Part shown: in pieces, positions 12,316 through 26,082 of the stretch | How positions within the stretch are numbered: position 1 is the stretch's first letter | How the letters are laid out: each line of letters begins with the position of its first letter | Source: Marsupella aquatica | Lineage: Eukaryota; Plantae; Marchantiophyta | Length of the DNA stretch: 64,000 bases | Reading direction: 5' to 3' | Assembly (NCBI GenBank): GCA_973895155.1 | Contig: OZ316892.1 | Span: forward strand, 16,420,357-16,484,356 | Notes under the pieces: model-generated | What the model saw: only the letters and a program-made list of their open reading frames with translations | The model's database searches: none | Told to the model about the DNA's origin: nothing | Made by a program: the position numbers and the translations under genes

Positions 12316-13550
12316 TGTGGTGAGTCCCATGGCTCCCTTAACCCAAGAACCCTCCCTGAACAAGTCGATTCCCATTGGTTTCGCTCTTGCCAAGGCCGGT
12401 TCCGCGGCTTATCGGCATGGGACGTTGCTTACTCTTGACTTCTTTCTAACCACATATACTAGACAGATCCTTCATCGGGTCATGAGATATGCACCCGGCC
12501 TACTCTAGGCCTCTCCTTACTCTCTTCTGCCGGTCTCCCTTCAGGTATGTTTGGATTCCGCCCCCAGAATGATGCCCAATCGGCTTAGGTAGCCGCTAAG
12601 ATCCCTCTCAGCTCAACACATCCAATTCTCCCTACTTCTAAACTTTCTTTCTCTCCTGGTCGTTGATGTGGGCAATCTTCACACAAGTTGATGCGACACA
12701 CAATTAGGAAGATGACTCCTACTGACTAAGGTATGTCGTGCCATTGCAATACAAGGAGTACTTCTCATACAAAGGTCTGCGAACTAAGCCATAAGGCCAA
12801 TTACTCTATTCAGCTCTTAGGCATGAGGAAACATGAATGTACACAAGGGTCACAACATAACTAACCGAGAGCTTCTCTTAACTAATTGATCCCAGCCTTG
12901 TTGGTGCACTAAAAACTTGCTTTAAGAAAAAGGCCCTCGGGTCCCCGCTGCCCAGGTATATATTTATCCTAGCAGCGTACCTACCTATTTCCTTGCTGCG
13001 TAAGCCAATCTACCCCTAAGTGGAATCTACCTATATACAGCGAGGCAAGAGCACAAGTGTTGCTCTTACTAGTGGATCTGCAATCCCACTAATCTAAGTG
13101 TCAGGGTCGCTTCTTGACCCTAATCCTAATCCTAAATCTAGAGGTCTGCGCCTGCTCTGCCCACTCACGCCTCCTACCTCCACGTACGCCCTCCCTAACA
13201 TGGATGGCACCCTTCCACTGTCACGATGCTGGTGGCTAGCCCTCAATGGACGCCCCCAATCCTTCCTCGACGGCCAATGTAGGCTTCCCGTCCTCTGACA
13301 GGTTACCCAAACCTGACTGGGTCAACCCATCTTTGGCGTGATCGGGCCTCACCCTTACCTCGGCCTTTGCTTCTCCGGCTTCTGCTTGCCCGGCTTTTGC
13401 CTCCCCGGCTTCTGCCTCCTTGACTTCTGTTAGTGGGGGTCCACCCCTGTGGCTTTTGCACTGTCCCCCTGGCATCGGCTACCCTGCCGTAGTGGTCCTC
13501 CTCATAGGCTTGTTCTATGAGTTGGGTTGTCTCGTCCTCCCAAGGTTGGG
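12316..13550 (-). mobile_element. Diverged family A element, 3' portion
   Basis: Begins TGTGGTGAGTCCCATGGCTCC, the inverse of the family A 3' end. Colinear with the reverse complement of ~10500-11579. ORF 13236-13475 matches the acidic tail (GNLSEDG...LGASIE). Confidence 0.85.
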
Positions 13551-13558
13551 TTGATGTT

Positions 13559-14311
13559 TGTGATGCCTAGCCAGGATTCACTAGGCCAGTTAAAATGGTA
13601 AAACCGGGAGTGTACCCTAAAAACACATTATTATAGTAACAAAAAACAAGGAAATATAAACAATTAAGGGTGACTATGGAACCCGAGCCGAGGCCGGAAG
13701 TAAGGACGCCACGGCAGGGAACACAATTAGGGTTAGGGTGCGCTAAGTGCCAACGGCTAGGGGTAACCAACGGGAAGGAAGACCAGGCAAAGGGGGGGCG
13801 TAAGGACCGATCGCAAGGAATGGCGGCTCATTTGCAAGCACAAACTAAGCAAACGATTACATGAAGCCAACTACTGTCAGCTACTTAGGCAAGCACTCTG
13901 GGCGGGAGCAGATACCGACTATCAACTCAAGGAGGGTATGAGCAACGTCAATCAAGCTGCTCATTTCTTGGGATGCTTGTTCGAACGGGCAACTGAGTAC
14001 ATTGGGACCTACGAGGACAAAGAATCGGAAAGGGCAGCTCGGGAACGGCAGGAGCTCGCTTGACTGTGGGAGCTGCAGAAGTCTGCCTTCCTAGGAGGAG
14101 AGCTTACCCTAGCCGCCGACACTTAGCGCGCCCTAACCCTAATTGTGTTCCCTGTTGTGGCGTCCTTACTTCCGGCCTTGGCTCGGGTTCCATAGTCACC
14201 CTTAATTGTTTATATTTTCCTTGTTTTTTGTTACTATACTAATGTGTTTTGAGGGTACACTCCCAGTTTTACCATTTTAACTGGCCTAGTGATTCCTGGC
14301 TAGGCATCACA
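13559..14311. repeat. Fold-back made of two family A 5' ends in inverted orientation (~205-bp arms)
   Basis: TGTGATGCCTAGCCAGG from 13559 and CCTGGCTAGGCATCACA ending 14311. Arms ~13559-13765 and ~14105-14311. No TSD. Confidence 0.9.
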
Positions 14312-14714
14312 CTTCACGTATCGCAAAACATTTTTGAAGCAATAACCATTGAATACTTTAGCGATCTTCATCACTTCGCAAATTCATTGCGATGCGATGG
14401 CCATCCAACACGTTGCAAATGTTTTAATATCTCAAACTGTTTTGCGATTGCAACCATCTTGCAAATGAGCAATATTTACGATATGACTAACTTGCAATTC
14501 CAGTAGGCTCGCAAAGATTGTGCTTGTCAAGGGTCTCATTTTGTGAATGTTTAAATGGTTTCACAAATTTGAGAACCTTGAGTATTCGGAAGTTTGCAAT
14601 GAGTTCATGGTGGAAATTAGTGATCATATTAGTATCGCAAATTAGTGATGAGTTTGCGTCGGTCAGGGTTTCGCAAGATGTTTTGCAAAATATTATGAGC
14701 GCTTCAAAGAGGTG

Positions 14715-15260
14715 GAAAAGGAATGGGATTGGGGAGAGAGGGTAAAGGAGGGAGGATACATGTAATTTTTAGGGAGGGACAATGCAAAGGAGGAGGAAGG
14801 GAATGGGGCTAGGAGGGACAAGGAACGGAGGGATTAAAGAGGGAGGATACAGGTTTAGGGGGCACAAGGAAATGAGGGAGTAGGAAGGGTATGTACATAT
14901 AGTTTTAGGGAGGGTTTTGATTTAGGGAGGGAAAACAAAAAGGAGGGAGGAGGAAATGTATGTATGTATAGTTTTAGGGAGGATATTGATTTAGAGAGGG
15001 ACAAGGAAAGGAGGGAGGGTATTGGTTTAGAGAGGGACAAGGAAATGAGGGAGGAGAGAATCTAGGTTGTATAGGTAAGAGTGGGGGACAGGGGTGGAAA
15101 GTAAGGAAAGTATAGGGTTGAAATAGAAAGGGGTTGGGACAAGGAGAGGAAGGAGGGTTTAATAAGAGGGATAGACAATGAAACAAAGGAGGAGGGAGGT
15201 GGGTACAAGTAATAAGGAGAAAGGCTAGGGGGGATTAGGAAAGCACGGAGGATGGAGGAC
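14715..15260. repeat. Purine-rich (GA) imperfect minisatellite / low-complexity tract
   Basis: Recurrent AGGGACAAGGAAA(G/T)GAGGGAGG units, almost no C on the + strand. Confidence 0.8.
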
Positions 15261-16824
15261 CACAAGCAACATGAGTTTTCTTTGCATAAAGTCTACCAAA
15301 AGGTGTGGTGAGTGTGGGGTAGGGATGGGAGATACAGAAAAACAACATTTGAAAATGATATACTTACAAAACATAAGTTTATTGATAATTAAGAAGCACA
15401 TATTTCTCCATTCTACCGAGAAGAGAAATCTTCTTATCATCAAATCTAACTATATATCCGTGTAGCTATATATCCACAAACACAGACCCCTCAAAATTGG
15501 TCCTCATTATCTTCAGGTTGGGACACAACTAGAATATCAAGCTTTTCCCCAATGATTGAACGAGACCGTGGCACATATGTGATGACAAGTGACCATTCCT
15601 CTGGGTTTGGGGGGGGGGTATGGAATATAGAAACCTTGTTCCACATGACTTGGAAAAGTGAACGGCTCTGATATTTGCCAATGAGATGGTTGGAAACTAG
15701 TGGCAGACGTCTTTAGTCATGTAAATCCACACTCATCTTGAACCATAATAGGATTGTTACCTGCAAGGTTCACTTTGAACCACTTGCACTTGAAGATATA
15801 CTCTTCAAACTTTGATTGTGCATCATAAGATATCACTAGAATCTCTTCTACCTTTCCATAATGTGGCACAACATCTTGAATAATATTCGTGTCATGGCGA
15901 CTGCTGTGGGAATCTTGAGAGAATTGTCCTTGAACTCCACAATCAAAGGTATGAACCCTCTTCTCATCAAGGGAAGAAATCCTAAAATCATCAAACCATA
16001 AGGACATGTTACATAAAAATAAACACAAACATATTCCAATTACCAGAACATACCAAGAATCTGCCTCTTCAATATACGTGCTTGTATTACAAATGAATTA
16101 AATTAAACCAACTGACTCAAATAAAAGGTTACTAAGGTAGATGGAGATCACCTTAAATGTCTTCCTTGTGTCCACATTGCTGTCCTTGTTGTAACCATTC
16201 TCAAGGGACCATGAACAATGGTACAAACATCATCTGTGATAGCCAAAAAATGTAATACACTCTCTCCCCTGACCACCATGTCATCCACCTCAACTAACTT
16301 CTCCTTTATATAGTCAAGGTACCCTAAACCATCCAACGCACAAGAGTCGACACAAAGAGATACGTGGTTCACCTCCACATGAGGCTACGTCCACGAGAAC
16401 ACACATGAGCTTTACGACACTCTAGGCCGACCGGCCATACCAAGCATCCACAGCGCAAGCTCTCTCTATCTCTCAACTAGCTCCGTAACAATGAGCCTGA
16501 GTTCCCCCTCTCCAAGCAAACACCACTTGGTTATACAGTGTGTACAGCATGACTAACCTAACCAAGTCTGCGACTAAGGTTAGCCTTAACTACGGTACAT
16601 TTGTAACTCTAGACCTAAGAGTAAATTCTAACAATCTCCCCCTTGACTCTGGTCTAGGGGAGGGTAAAGACTGCTACCAATATGACTGCTCAGCGGGAAG
16701 TTCTGGAAAGAAAAACCAAACCGGTTTTTCCCTAGTTATACGAGAGTAGACCAGAACTAAGCCATAGCCTATACAAGGAATGAGCAAGAGCATATCTCAG
16801 TATCTACACAAATGTTAAATAACC

Positions 16825-19800
16825 CTACTTGTGAGGCAATTGCAAAACCTGCAACGCATCACGGTGTCTAGAAAAACTCTCCAAAGGAATCACTTTGGTA
16901 AAAGCGTCAGCCGGGTTGAGTTTACCGTCAATCTTGACTAGCTCAAACATATTATTAGACACAGTCTGCCTGATAAAATGGTACCTGACGTTGATGTGCT
17001 TCACTCTGCTGTCCATCACCTGGTGGAGTGCACTCTAACTATCACAATGGAGCTTCAATTCCCCTATGGCAATCCCATCTCAGTGATAAGTCTATCCAAC
17101 CAAATTGCTTCCTTTGTTGCTTTCACTGCTGCAACATACTCCGCTTCTGTAGTAGACTAAGCAATACACTTTTGCAAAGTAGACCTCCAACTTATGCATC
17201 CACCTCCAAGTGTGAACACATAACCTATTGTTGACCTCCTCTGATCCAGATCCTGTGCATAGTCAGCATCTACATAGCCCATCAATGATCTAGCATTATC
17301 AGCATGTGCATCAAACAATAGACCATGATCCACGGTACCCTTCAAATACCAAATAATCCACTTCACTGCTTCCCAGTGTACCTTCCCTGGATTTGACATG
17401 TACCTGCTCACCTTGCCCATAGCCATGGCAAGATCAGGTCTAGTGCAAGTCATCAAATACATGAGACTCCCCACTACCTTGTCATACGGAACCTTTGACA
17501 TCAACCCCTTCTTTGTGTCATCCGTAGGACAAAAAGCTGATGACAACTTGAAGTATGGAGCCAACGGGGTACTTACTGGCTTGCTATCCCCCATGTTGAA
17601 CCTAGCTTGCAATTACCTTCCTCGCATAACTGCTCTGCGTCAACCATAGCTTACCAGCCTTCAAGTCCCTAGTGATCTCCATACCCAAAATTCTCTTAGC
17701 TGGCCCTAAGTCCTTCATCTTAAACTTTGCACTAAGCAGTGCCTTGAGCTTAACAATCTCAGACCTATCCTTGGCCGCAATAAGCATGTCATCCACATAA
17801 AGTACTAAAACAATGAACCCAAAAATAACATTCTTCATCGGTTTAAGATACACACATGGATCAAACACACTCCTACGAAAGCCTTGTGCACGGATCTAAT
17901 CATCAAACCGCTTATTCCACTATCTTGGTGACTGCTTCAACCCGTACAAGGATCTCAGCAATCTGCAACCCAAATTCTCTTGCCCTTTCTTCACAAAACC
18001 TAGCGGTTGTCTCATGAAGATCACCTCTTCCAAGGTGCCATAGAGGAAAGCTGTGACAACATCCATCTGATCTAGCAACAGACCAAACATAACAACAAGC
18101 ACACACAATAGCTGTATTGTTGAATACTTAGCAACTGACGAGAAGACTTCATTGTAATCCACATTTTTTTCCTATGTGAATCCCTTGGCTACCAACCTAG
18201 CCTTGTAGACCTTTGATCCACCTCCTGTGGACTGATCCTTCAGCTTGTATATCCACTTGCTGTCCACCACTTGCTGTTCCTCAGGCAGCTTGATAAGCTA
18301 CCAAGTTTTGTTGTCCTTCAGTGACTGCATTTCTGTTTGCATTGCTATAGCCCATTCCTACTTCTCCTTTGAAGCACTTGCTTCATGAAATGAAGAAGGT
18401 TCCCCTTCTTCCAAAATCAACGCGTCACCCTCATCATCAGTAACAAAGTCCTCCTCTTGCAATTGAGATGAATCAACCCATTGTCCATACCTTGGTGGAG
18501 CGCATACAGTGCGACCAGATGCTCTTCTAGCCGATGACTCCGGTTGATTTGCGTGTGCTGGTACAATTTGAAGCTCAGCAACATCCACTTGTTGCTCACC
18601 AGCATCAATAAACTCCTCTGGTTCTTCTGGCACAAGAACCAACTCCATAATTGGAGCAACTCCTTCTCTCCGGTCATGCACATCATGACCAATCTCCCCC
18701 TCAATGAGATTCGGGATAGGAGATTTTCCTTTGTCAGTATGGGAGACCTGAGTATTCTCCCCCTCCTTCAATAATCTGGATTCATTGAAGGAAACATCCC
18801 TACTGACAACGAGCTTATAGGCAATAGGATCCCATAGCCTATAGGCTTTCACACCACTCTGGTACCCAAGAAAAATACATTTCTTGGAGGTAGGATCCAA
18901 CTTGGTCCTATTCTGCTTCGGTGTGAGAGCATATGCATCACTTCCAAAAACTACCAAGCCTTGATAGTCTGCTTGCCGCTTATAGCGCATCTCAAACGGC
19001 GTTTTGAAATTAATAGCACTAGAAGGAGAAAAAATTACCAAATAAGTTGCGATATTGACAGCTTCTGCCCAAAATTCTTGTGGTAAACTTGATTGGCTCA
19101 ACATACTCCATGACCACTCCAACAGTGTCCGATTGAGCCTCTCAGCGACACCATTCTACTGCGGAGTATAAACTGTGGTGAGATGGCAAGTTATCCCCTG
19201 TTTTGAACAGTACTCTTCAAATTCCACTGAAGTGTACTCCCCGCCGTTGTCTGAACTTAGACTCTTCACCCTTGTATCCAAACACTTGACAGTGTTTCCA
19301 GTCTGATTCTCCACCTGGGCCTTCCACTTCTTAAAAATGGACAAGACATCAAACTTATGCGTCATGAAATAAATCCACACAAATCTTGAGTAATCGTCAA
19401 TAAATGATACATAGTACAACTTTCCAAAGTGTGAGGGAGTCGGGGATGGACCCCACACGTCACTATGTATGTACTCAAGAACCGCTTTGGAACGATGAGT
19501 TCCAACACCAAAAGGACGACGATGTTGCTTTCCAAGAATGCAATGCTCAGAGAACTCTAATTTACAAGATTGCAAATCAGAAATGAGTCCATTCTTCCGT
19601 AAGATAGCCAAACCCTTCTCACTCATGTGGCCTAGCCGTGAATGCCACAGTTGAGTCATCTCCTTGTGAGACTTGGTTACATTGGCCTCTCCACATATAG
19701 TATTGCCCTATAACACATACAAATTCTTCTGTCTACTCCCCTTCAAAATCACTGTCTCTCCCGACCTGACTTGAAGTTCACCATCAATAACGCTCCATTG

Positions 19801-20018
19801 ATGACCATTTGAATCCAACACACCGAGTGAAATCAGATTCTTACGCATGCCAGGTACATACCTGACTCCGGACACTGTGCGCACAGTGCCATCAAACATT
19901 TGAATCTTCACAGACCCAATTCCCTCAATTTGACAGGAGTGATCATTTCCCATCAGAACTAAACCGTTTAAAATAGAGTAAGAACTGAAAAACTCACAAA
20001 TGTAACAAATATGAAAAG
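16825..20018 (-). pseudogene. Copia pol (protease C-terminal part, GAG-pre-integrase, integrase, RT, RNase H)
   Basis: LWHSRLGHMSEKGL; HSDVWGP..FIDDYSR..SDNGGEY; QMDVVTAFLYGTL; LYGLKQSPR; LYVDDML; GYVDADYAQDLDQRRST; KHINVRYHFIR. Confidence 0.95.
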
Positions 20019-22878
20019 TGTGGTGCGTCCCATGGCGCCCCAAACCCAAGAAACCCCCTCGCACAAGCCGATTCCCGCAGGTTTCATCCTCGACGAGGCC
20101 GTTTCCACGGCTTAGCGACATGGGACGCTGCTAATCTCCTCTACTACTACGATTAACATCTTACACACATATACTGGACAGATCCTTCATCGGGTCATGA
20201 GATACTTAGCCGGCCTATTCTAGGCCCTCCCTTGTATTCCTCTCCTGGTCTTCCATTAGGTATGTTTGGATTCCGCCGCCGGAATGATCCCCAATTTGGC
20301 TTGGTTAAGCCACTAAGACCTCTCTCAGCTCGACACATCCATCTCACTCCCTTGCTACTTCCCTTCATTGATGTGGGCACTCTTCACACAAGTTAATGCG
20401 ACACACAAATAGCAAAATGACTCCTTCTAACTGAGTTATACCATGCACTTGCCATACAAATAGTACATCTCATACACAAGCTCTGCGAACTAAGCCATGA
20501 GGCCAACTCTATTCAGTTCTTAGGTATGAGGAAACATGAATATACACAAGGGTCACTATATAACTAACCGAGAGCTTCTCTTACTACTTGATCCCAGCCC
20601 TGCTGGTGCAACTAGAAACTTGCTAAAGAAGAGGCCCGAAACTCCCCGCAGCCCAGGTATTTATCCTTGTTGTGGATCCGCCTGATTCCTTGCAGCGTAA
20701 GCCTAATCTACTTACTGTAATCTACCTAACTGTAATCTACCTATGTACAATGAGGCAGGAGCACAAGTGTCGCCCTCACTCGTGGATCCGCAATCCCACT
20801 AATCTAAGTGTTAGGGCCGTCTCCTGGTCCTGATCCTTAGTCTAAACTTGGAGATCAGCGCTCGCCCTGCCCACTCACGCCTCCTACCTCCACGTCCACC
20901 CTCCCTAAAAGGGACGGCTCCCTTACACCGTCACGACCCCGGTGGCTGGTCCTCAATGGACGCCCCCAACGCTTCCTCCGCAACCACTGTCATTGGTCCG
21001 TCCTTTGACAGATTACCTGCCCCAGACCGAGTCAACTCTTCATCGGCTTGACTGGGTCCACCCTTGGCTTCGGCCTCAGCATCGGCCACGGCCTCCCCGA
21101 CATGTTCTAGTGGAGGATCTGGTACCTCGGCTTCATTACTGGTTGTCCCGGCCTTGGCCTTGCCATCCCCACTTCCTAGGACTGGTGGATCCACCGCCGT
21201 GCCGATGCCGGAGGTTGGTGCCGGGTTTATCTTCTCGGTCACAACGGCTTGAGAAGCCGTATAACTCCCAGACCTAGAAGGTTTCCGCTTCTTCTTCTTC
21301 CCTATTTTGACAGCCGGTTCCTTCCCCTTGCCACTTACCTCCGGCACCGGGGTGAGTGTCTCAGCTTGTCCTTCGGCCAATACTACCCCTGGTAACTGGT
21401 TTGCCCCAATTGGAGTTGGACCTGATGAAGCCAAGCATTTAAATATTGTGGCTTGTTTCTTCAACCGCTCCGTTTGGTTGTCGGCCCGCCGCTGTAGGTT
21501 CTCCATCTTCCTCGTGATTTCCTCCAACTCCTCCTGGGTCTCGTCCAGGTCCTTGCGCGCCTCCTCCAGCTCCTTTTTGGCTTCCTCCAATTCTTTCTTT
21601 AAGGTAGCCCTCTCCTCCTGGGTTGCTCTTAGCTCCTTGTCGAGCTCTGCTACGACCATAGCCTCCATCTTATTCATCTTGGCATAAGTCTGGTCGAGCT
21701 GGTCGTCCTTTTCATGCAGGTCGGCCTTGAAGCTGGCCGTCAGGGACGCAAGCTCCTGCTGCAGCGCAATAATCCCTTGATAGGATTTCCCTAACTCTGC
21801 TTCCTTCTGCTCAAGGGCTCCACGGATATCTTCGAGCTCTCCTTTCAACGCCCTCTCCCTTCTCTAAGTCTCTGCCATGGCCCGGTTGTTGGCGGTTAAG
21901 TGGGCCTCCTCTGCGTCCCTTAGCTCCTACTTCCATTTCTCTCTTTCCTTGACTGCGCCGGCCAACTCTCCTTGGGTCCGAGTCAGTTTATCTTTGATAA
22001 TCTGATTGTCAGACTGAGCGATATCCAACTGCCCCTGCATGATGTTTAGCTCATGCCGCTTAATCCGCAGCTCATCTTGGGCTTTCTTGGCCGCCTGCAG
22101 GACTTCCACCTTGGCTTCCTTCTCCCTAAGCCACCGGATGACCTCGTCCTTCTTGCTTCTCTCCAAAGCCACCGCTTCTTCTAATCGGTGCTTCTCCAAC
22201 CTCTCCCTCTGGAAGAAAGGTCCCTGCTCCAACTCCTCCCCAAAGATGCTGAGCGCCAGGTCCCCACACATCTCCCCGTACTCCATGGCTCTATCCTTAG
22301 CATAGGTGGAAAGTAGAAGTCATCGGCAACAACCACCTCGGCCTCTGTTCCCAAGCCGCCTTGCGGATTTCTTCTACGGTGGCAAGAGGGTTGCTTCTTT
22401 TTTTGGCAAGCCGCCTAATGTCCTCCGGCCAATCTCCTCCTGGTAAATCTTTCTCCCTAGCCAGGGCTGCCCTCTCTTCCTCCCTGAGTCGCTCCTGAAA
22501 GTCTTGTGCCGTCTGCTTTATGCCGTCAAAGCTTGGGGGAGCAACCTCTGGTGGGGGAGACTCAGGGCTACTCTGCTGGGTGGGGTCCCCTCGAACTACT
22601 CTTGGAAGCATGGGGATAAATCGGCCACAGGTCCTTACTCTTGGAACATGATGATCCGACCCATAGCCGGAGTTATCATTGTTGTAGTCCTCCACCGCCT
22701 CCTCCACTACTTGGACTCCCTGCTTCCCCCTCTATTCCCCTCGTCCTGCCGTGAAAACGGCCTCACAGATCACGGGCCCTTGTTCCTCCTCTCGGTTCCA
22801 AGCTGTCCTCTCCCTCTGCTCTCCGCGGGAAGGAGCCTTAGGATGCTTTGCCTCCGATTTGGGGCTTGAAGCTCCCAC
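20019..22878 (-). mobile_element. Family A element (5' ~390 bp missing) inserted in the Copia protease region
   Basis: Begins TGTGGTGCGTCCCATGG at 20019. Reverse complement of ~8718-11579, including the coiled-coil ORF (20931-22707). Confidence 0.92.
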
Positions 22879-22879
22879 G

Positions 22880-23532
22880 ACCCTCCACAAGCTAGTTAGT
22901 ATATTTTGTATGTAGCTAGCCCCCCCCAACCACACCACCTTCATGTTTATTTAATCGGCAATATAAAAGTTGGCATCATTACTTCTTTCATTGTCATGGT
23001 ATGCACATGCCCAAAATCTCTTGGTTATATATAGAAGTGTCCTTACCTTATATACCCTTCCTAAGAACCCCCCGCCTTATGTCCCATTGACCGTCCCATG
23101 AAAAAACCATCGGATTTCCATCGAACCTTCTAAAAACAAAAACCAGACTTTCTGATACAACATCCGACATAACCTTTTACGCACACAGTATCCGATCATA
23201 AACCCAACGGACACAAATATCCAATGCATTCCATGATGGTCCTATTCCGATACAACTACCAATGCAAACATCTTCCGATGTATTAAGGTTTGGATGTATT
23301 ATGCGGTCATGGCGACATAGTTTCCGATATGTTTAGTGTCGGACAATGTCCGATAGTAATATAATGGGACAACATATGCAATGGGTTTTACATCGGAATG
23401 TAGAGGTCCAATGGGATCAGGATTGAAAAGTACATTGCAGGGAACATTGGATATTGTCCGAAGTGTTTGGCATCGGATGGGTGAAGTTTGGCTCAAAAGG
23501 AGTATCGGAAAACCGCCAAAAATGTACTAGTG
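22880..23532 (+). mobile_element. Isolated CACTA right end inside the Copia element
   Basis: Many TCCGAT/ATCGGA repeats. Ends CCAAAAATGTACTAGTG at 23532, directly abutting Copia gag. Confidence 0.8.
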
Positions 23533-24512
23533 CTAGCCACATTTGCCGATGAAGTTTTCGTTGCCTTTCCCTTACAGTCTTGCTTGAAGTGTCCAACTTG
23601 GTTGCACTTCCAACATGTCACCTACCTCCTCTGAGGGGATTTACCCCTGGACTTAGATCTGGATTTAGATCTAAACTGGGTTCTACGGTCCCCAGTTGGT
23701 TGCTGCATACTCCTCCCACGGTTAACATTGAGGGCAGCACCAGATGATGAAGGCTGTGACGTGATGTGCATCTTCTGCTGAAGATCATCACTAAGCAGAG
23801 AACTTACCACGTCATTGTATGAAATGGTATCCCTATCACGATGCAACAACACTCATGATAGGGACTAGTAAGATGGAGGCAATGAACTGAGAAGCTACAG
23901 AGCCTTTGTCTCATCATTCAAAGTCTCCCCAAGGTTTTCCAAGTCAACGACCATGTCGTTGAAAGCATCCACATGGTCTTGCAACTTCGTACCGGATTCC
24001 TTCATCCTAAAACTCATCAGTTTGTAGGAAGTGTAGAGCCGGTTTGACAACTCCTTGCGGTGATACTTGCTCTGCAATTCCGCAAACAAGGACATGCAAT
24101 CCTTATGTGCACCCAACTGCTTGATGATGGGAGGCATGAGATAGAGTGTAACACACCACACTCCCTGCTCCTGCATGCGGCCCCATTGTTTCTCATCAAC
24201 ATCGTCTTCACGAGGGCTCAGTAGTTGGCCCATCCCTGACGCATAGAGCACTCCCTTCACCTACTTCTCCCATAGCAAGTAGTCAGAGCGCCCATCATAC
24301 TTTGTCACTTCATACTTGGGTCCCCCAAGTTTGAAAGTCCCCATCTTCTTCTTTGGCACTACCGTGAGCTCCGGTAGTACTGCTTCCTCCACCACACGCC
24401 GCACCGGTGATGGTATCGGTATCACGTGCTCTTCCTCATGCTCCTCTCTTTGCCCCTCAAACCGCCGTGGTGATCCTCGTGCTTCAAGTTCCACGTCTTC
24501 AAAAAACTCCAC
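23533..24512 (-). pseudogene. Copia gag (UBN2-type, CCHC zinc knuckle)
   Basis: KYEVTKYDGRSDYLLWE; NRLY...L.SFRMKE...DHVDAFN.MV.DL; CWKCNQVGHFKQDC. In-frame stops. Confidence 0.9.
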
Positions 24513-26082
24513 TCAACTGCCTCCGCTTCGGTTTCCAATGAGAAAAGTGATGACCGCTGACATGAAAATGTTGCCAAATGGCACCGGCACGTCTGCAACT
24601 CCACCAGAGAAGAGAAAACCTCCGCCGTGTCTTACTCTCTCCGCGTCAAGGGCCAATCCCGGACTCAAAACGATTGCCTCACCACGATCTCTCCGTTGAG
24701 CCTCAGCACTTCACGTTTCTTCCTCCGAGTCTTGTCACGACGAGTAATCCGGTTCAGGGAAAAACAAGCACCATAGCTTGTCAAAAAACCAGAACTCAAC
24801 TTTCACTCGTCACGACGCACTCGCTCCACAAACGCCAGCAAACTAGGTACCAAAACGACCAGCTCGCTTCAACCTGCCTTCAACTTGAGCTATAACATGC
24901 AATGCCTCCCGCACCGCATAGCTCACACCATTGAAAAAACAATCTCTGGTCTCTCCCCCAAAATCCTGTCAAACACAAATAAACCCTGAACGACGCAAAC
25001 TTCAATTCCTCCGCACCACGGATACCGATCAGCGAGTTCTAACCACCGTTAGAAAGCCCTCTCACTAACCTATTCGCTCAGCCACACACATTTGAGTTTC
25101 ATGCAACAAAACCCCGAATGCAACACCAACAATGGACGCTGGAAAACCATCACAAAAAACCCTCGTCACCTCCCAGGCATGCTCTGATACCAATTGTTGA
25201 GCATAGACGACAATTGCAACGGCAAGCCCATGAACCATCTAACGCACAAGAGTTGACATAGAGAGATACGTGGTTCACCTCCACATGAGGCTACGTCCAC
25301 GGGAACACACATGAGCTTTACTGCACTCTAGGCCGACCGGCCATACCAAGCATCCACAGCGCAAGCTCTCTCTATCTCTCAACTAGCTCCATAATAATGA
25401 GCTTGAGTTCCCCCTCTCCAAGCAAACACCGCTTGGTTATAGAGTGTGCACAGCATGACTAACCTAACCAAGTCTGCGACTAAGGTTAGCCTTAACTACG
25501 GTACATTTGTAACTCTAGACCTAAGAGTAAATATGGCCACCTCATGAACAAGATGAACAAGTAAATGCACTTGACAGTCAAAAAAGGAAGGAGGAAGGGC
25601 CTTCTCCAACTTGCATACCACCTCTGCTGCCAAAACCTCCGTACCAGGGATCTCGTCAGTATATATCTCCTTAGAGCATACCCATCAATCTCCATAGTTT
25701 TCCCAATGACCAAAGGGCATCTTGCACTTCTTCACTTACCAAACCTATTATTGCCACAGGCAGTATGTGTTGCAATAACCTATGGTAGTCATGTGTCTTG
25801 AGATACCTTGGCCACTTATGATTGTCCTCCATCCCAAAGGCCTTTTGGAGATTAGCACCATAACCAATAGGAAACCGCATGTCTCCTAGTATGTGATTCC
25901 GAAACTCCCTTCTCTGGCCAACAGGAAGCACCCATGGAGCTGAAGGTTGATGCTCAATCCCTGTGATAGGATCACTTATGACCCACACGTCTGGATGCAT
26001 CTCAAGATCCTCACAAGCCTTCCTGAAGTTAGTGTCTTTCTCTCCATAGAAAGCCTTAGTTTATCAATTGAAAGCCTTTCCC

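Larger units (their letters stand above)
16327..25532 (-). mobile_element. Ty1/Copia LTR retrotransposon, decayed, with nested insertions
   Basis: Near-identical LTRs at 16327-16633 and 25195-25532. PBS TGGTATCAGAGC (tRNA-iMet; 25181-25192, -). PPT AGGGGGAGAT (16634-16643, -). Confidence 0.95.

Noticed and set aside
13559-14311. TIR transposon (MITE) or DIRS-type element
   Set aside because: No TSD, the arms are simply family A 5' ends, and no tyrosine recombinase or transposase is present.
14855-15465. Pro/Ser/Leu-rich minus-strand ORFs
   Set aside because: Artefacts of the GA-rich low-complexity tract.
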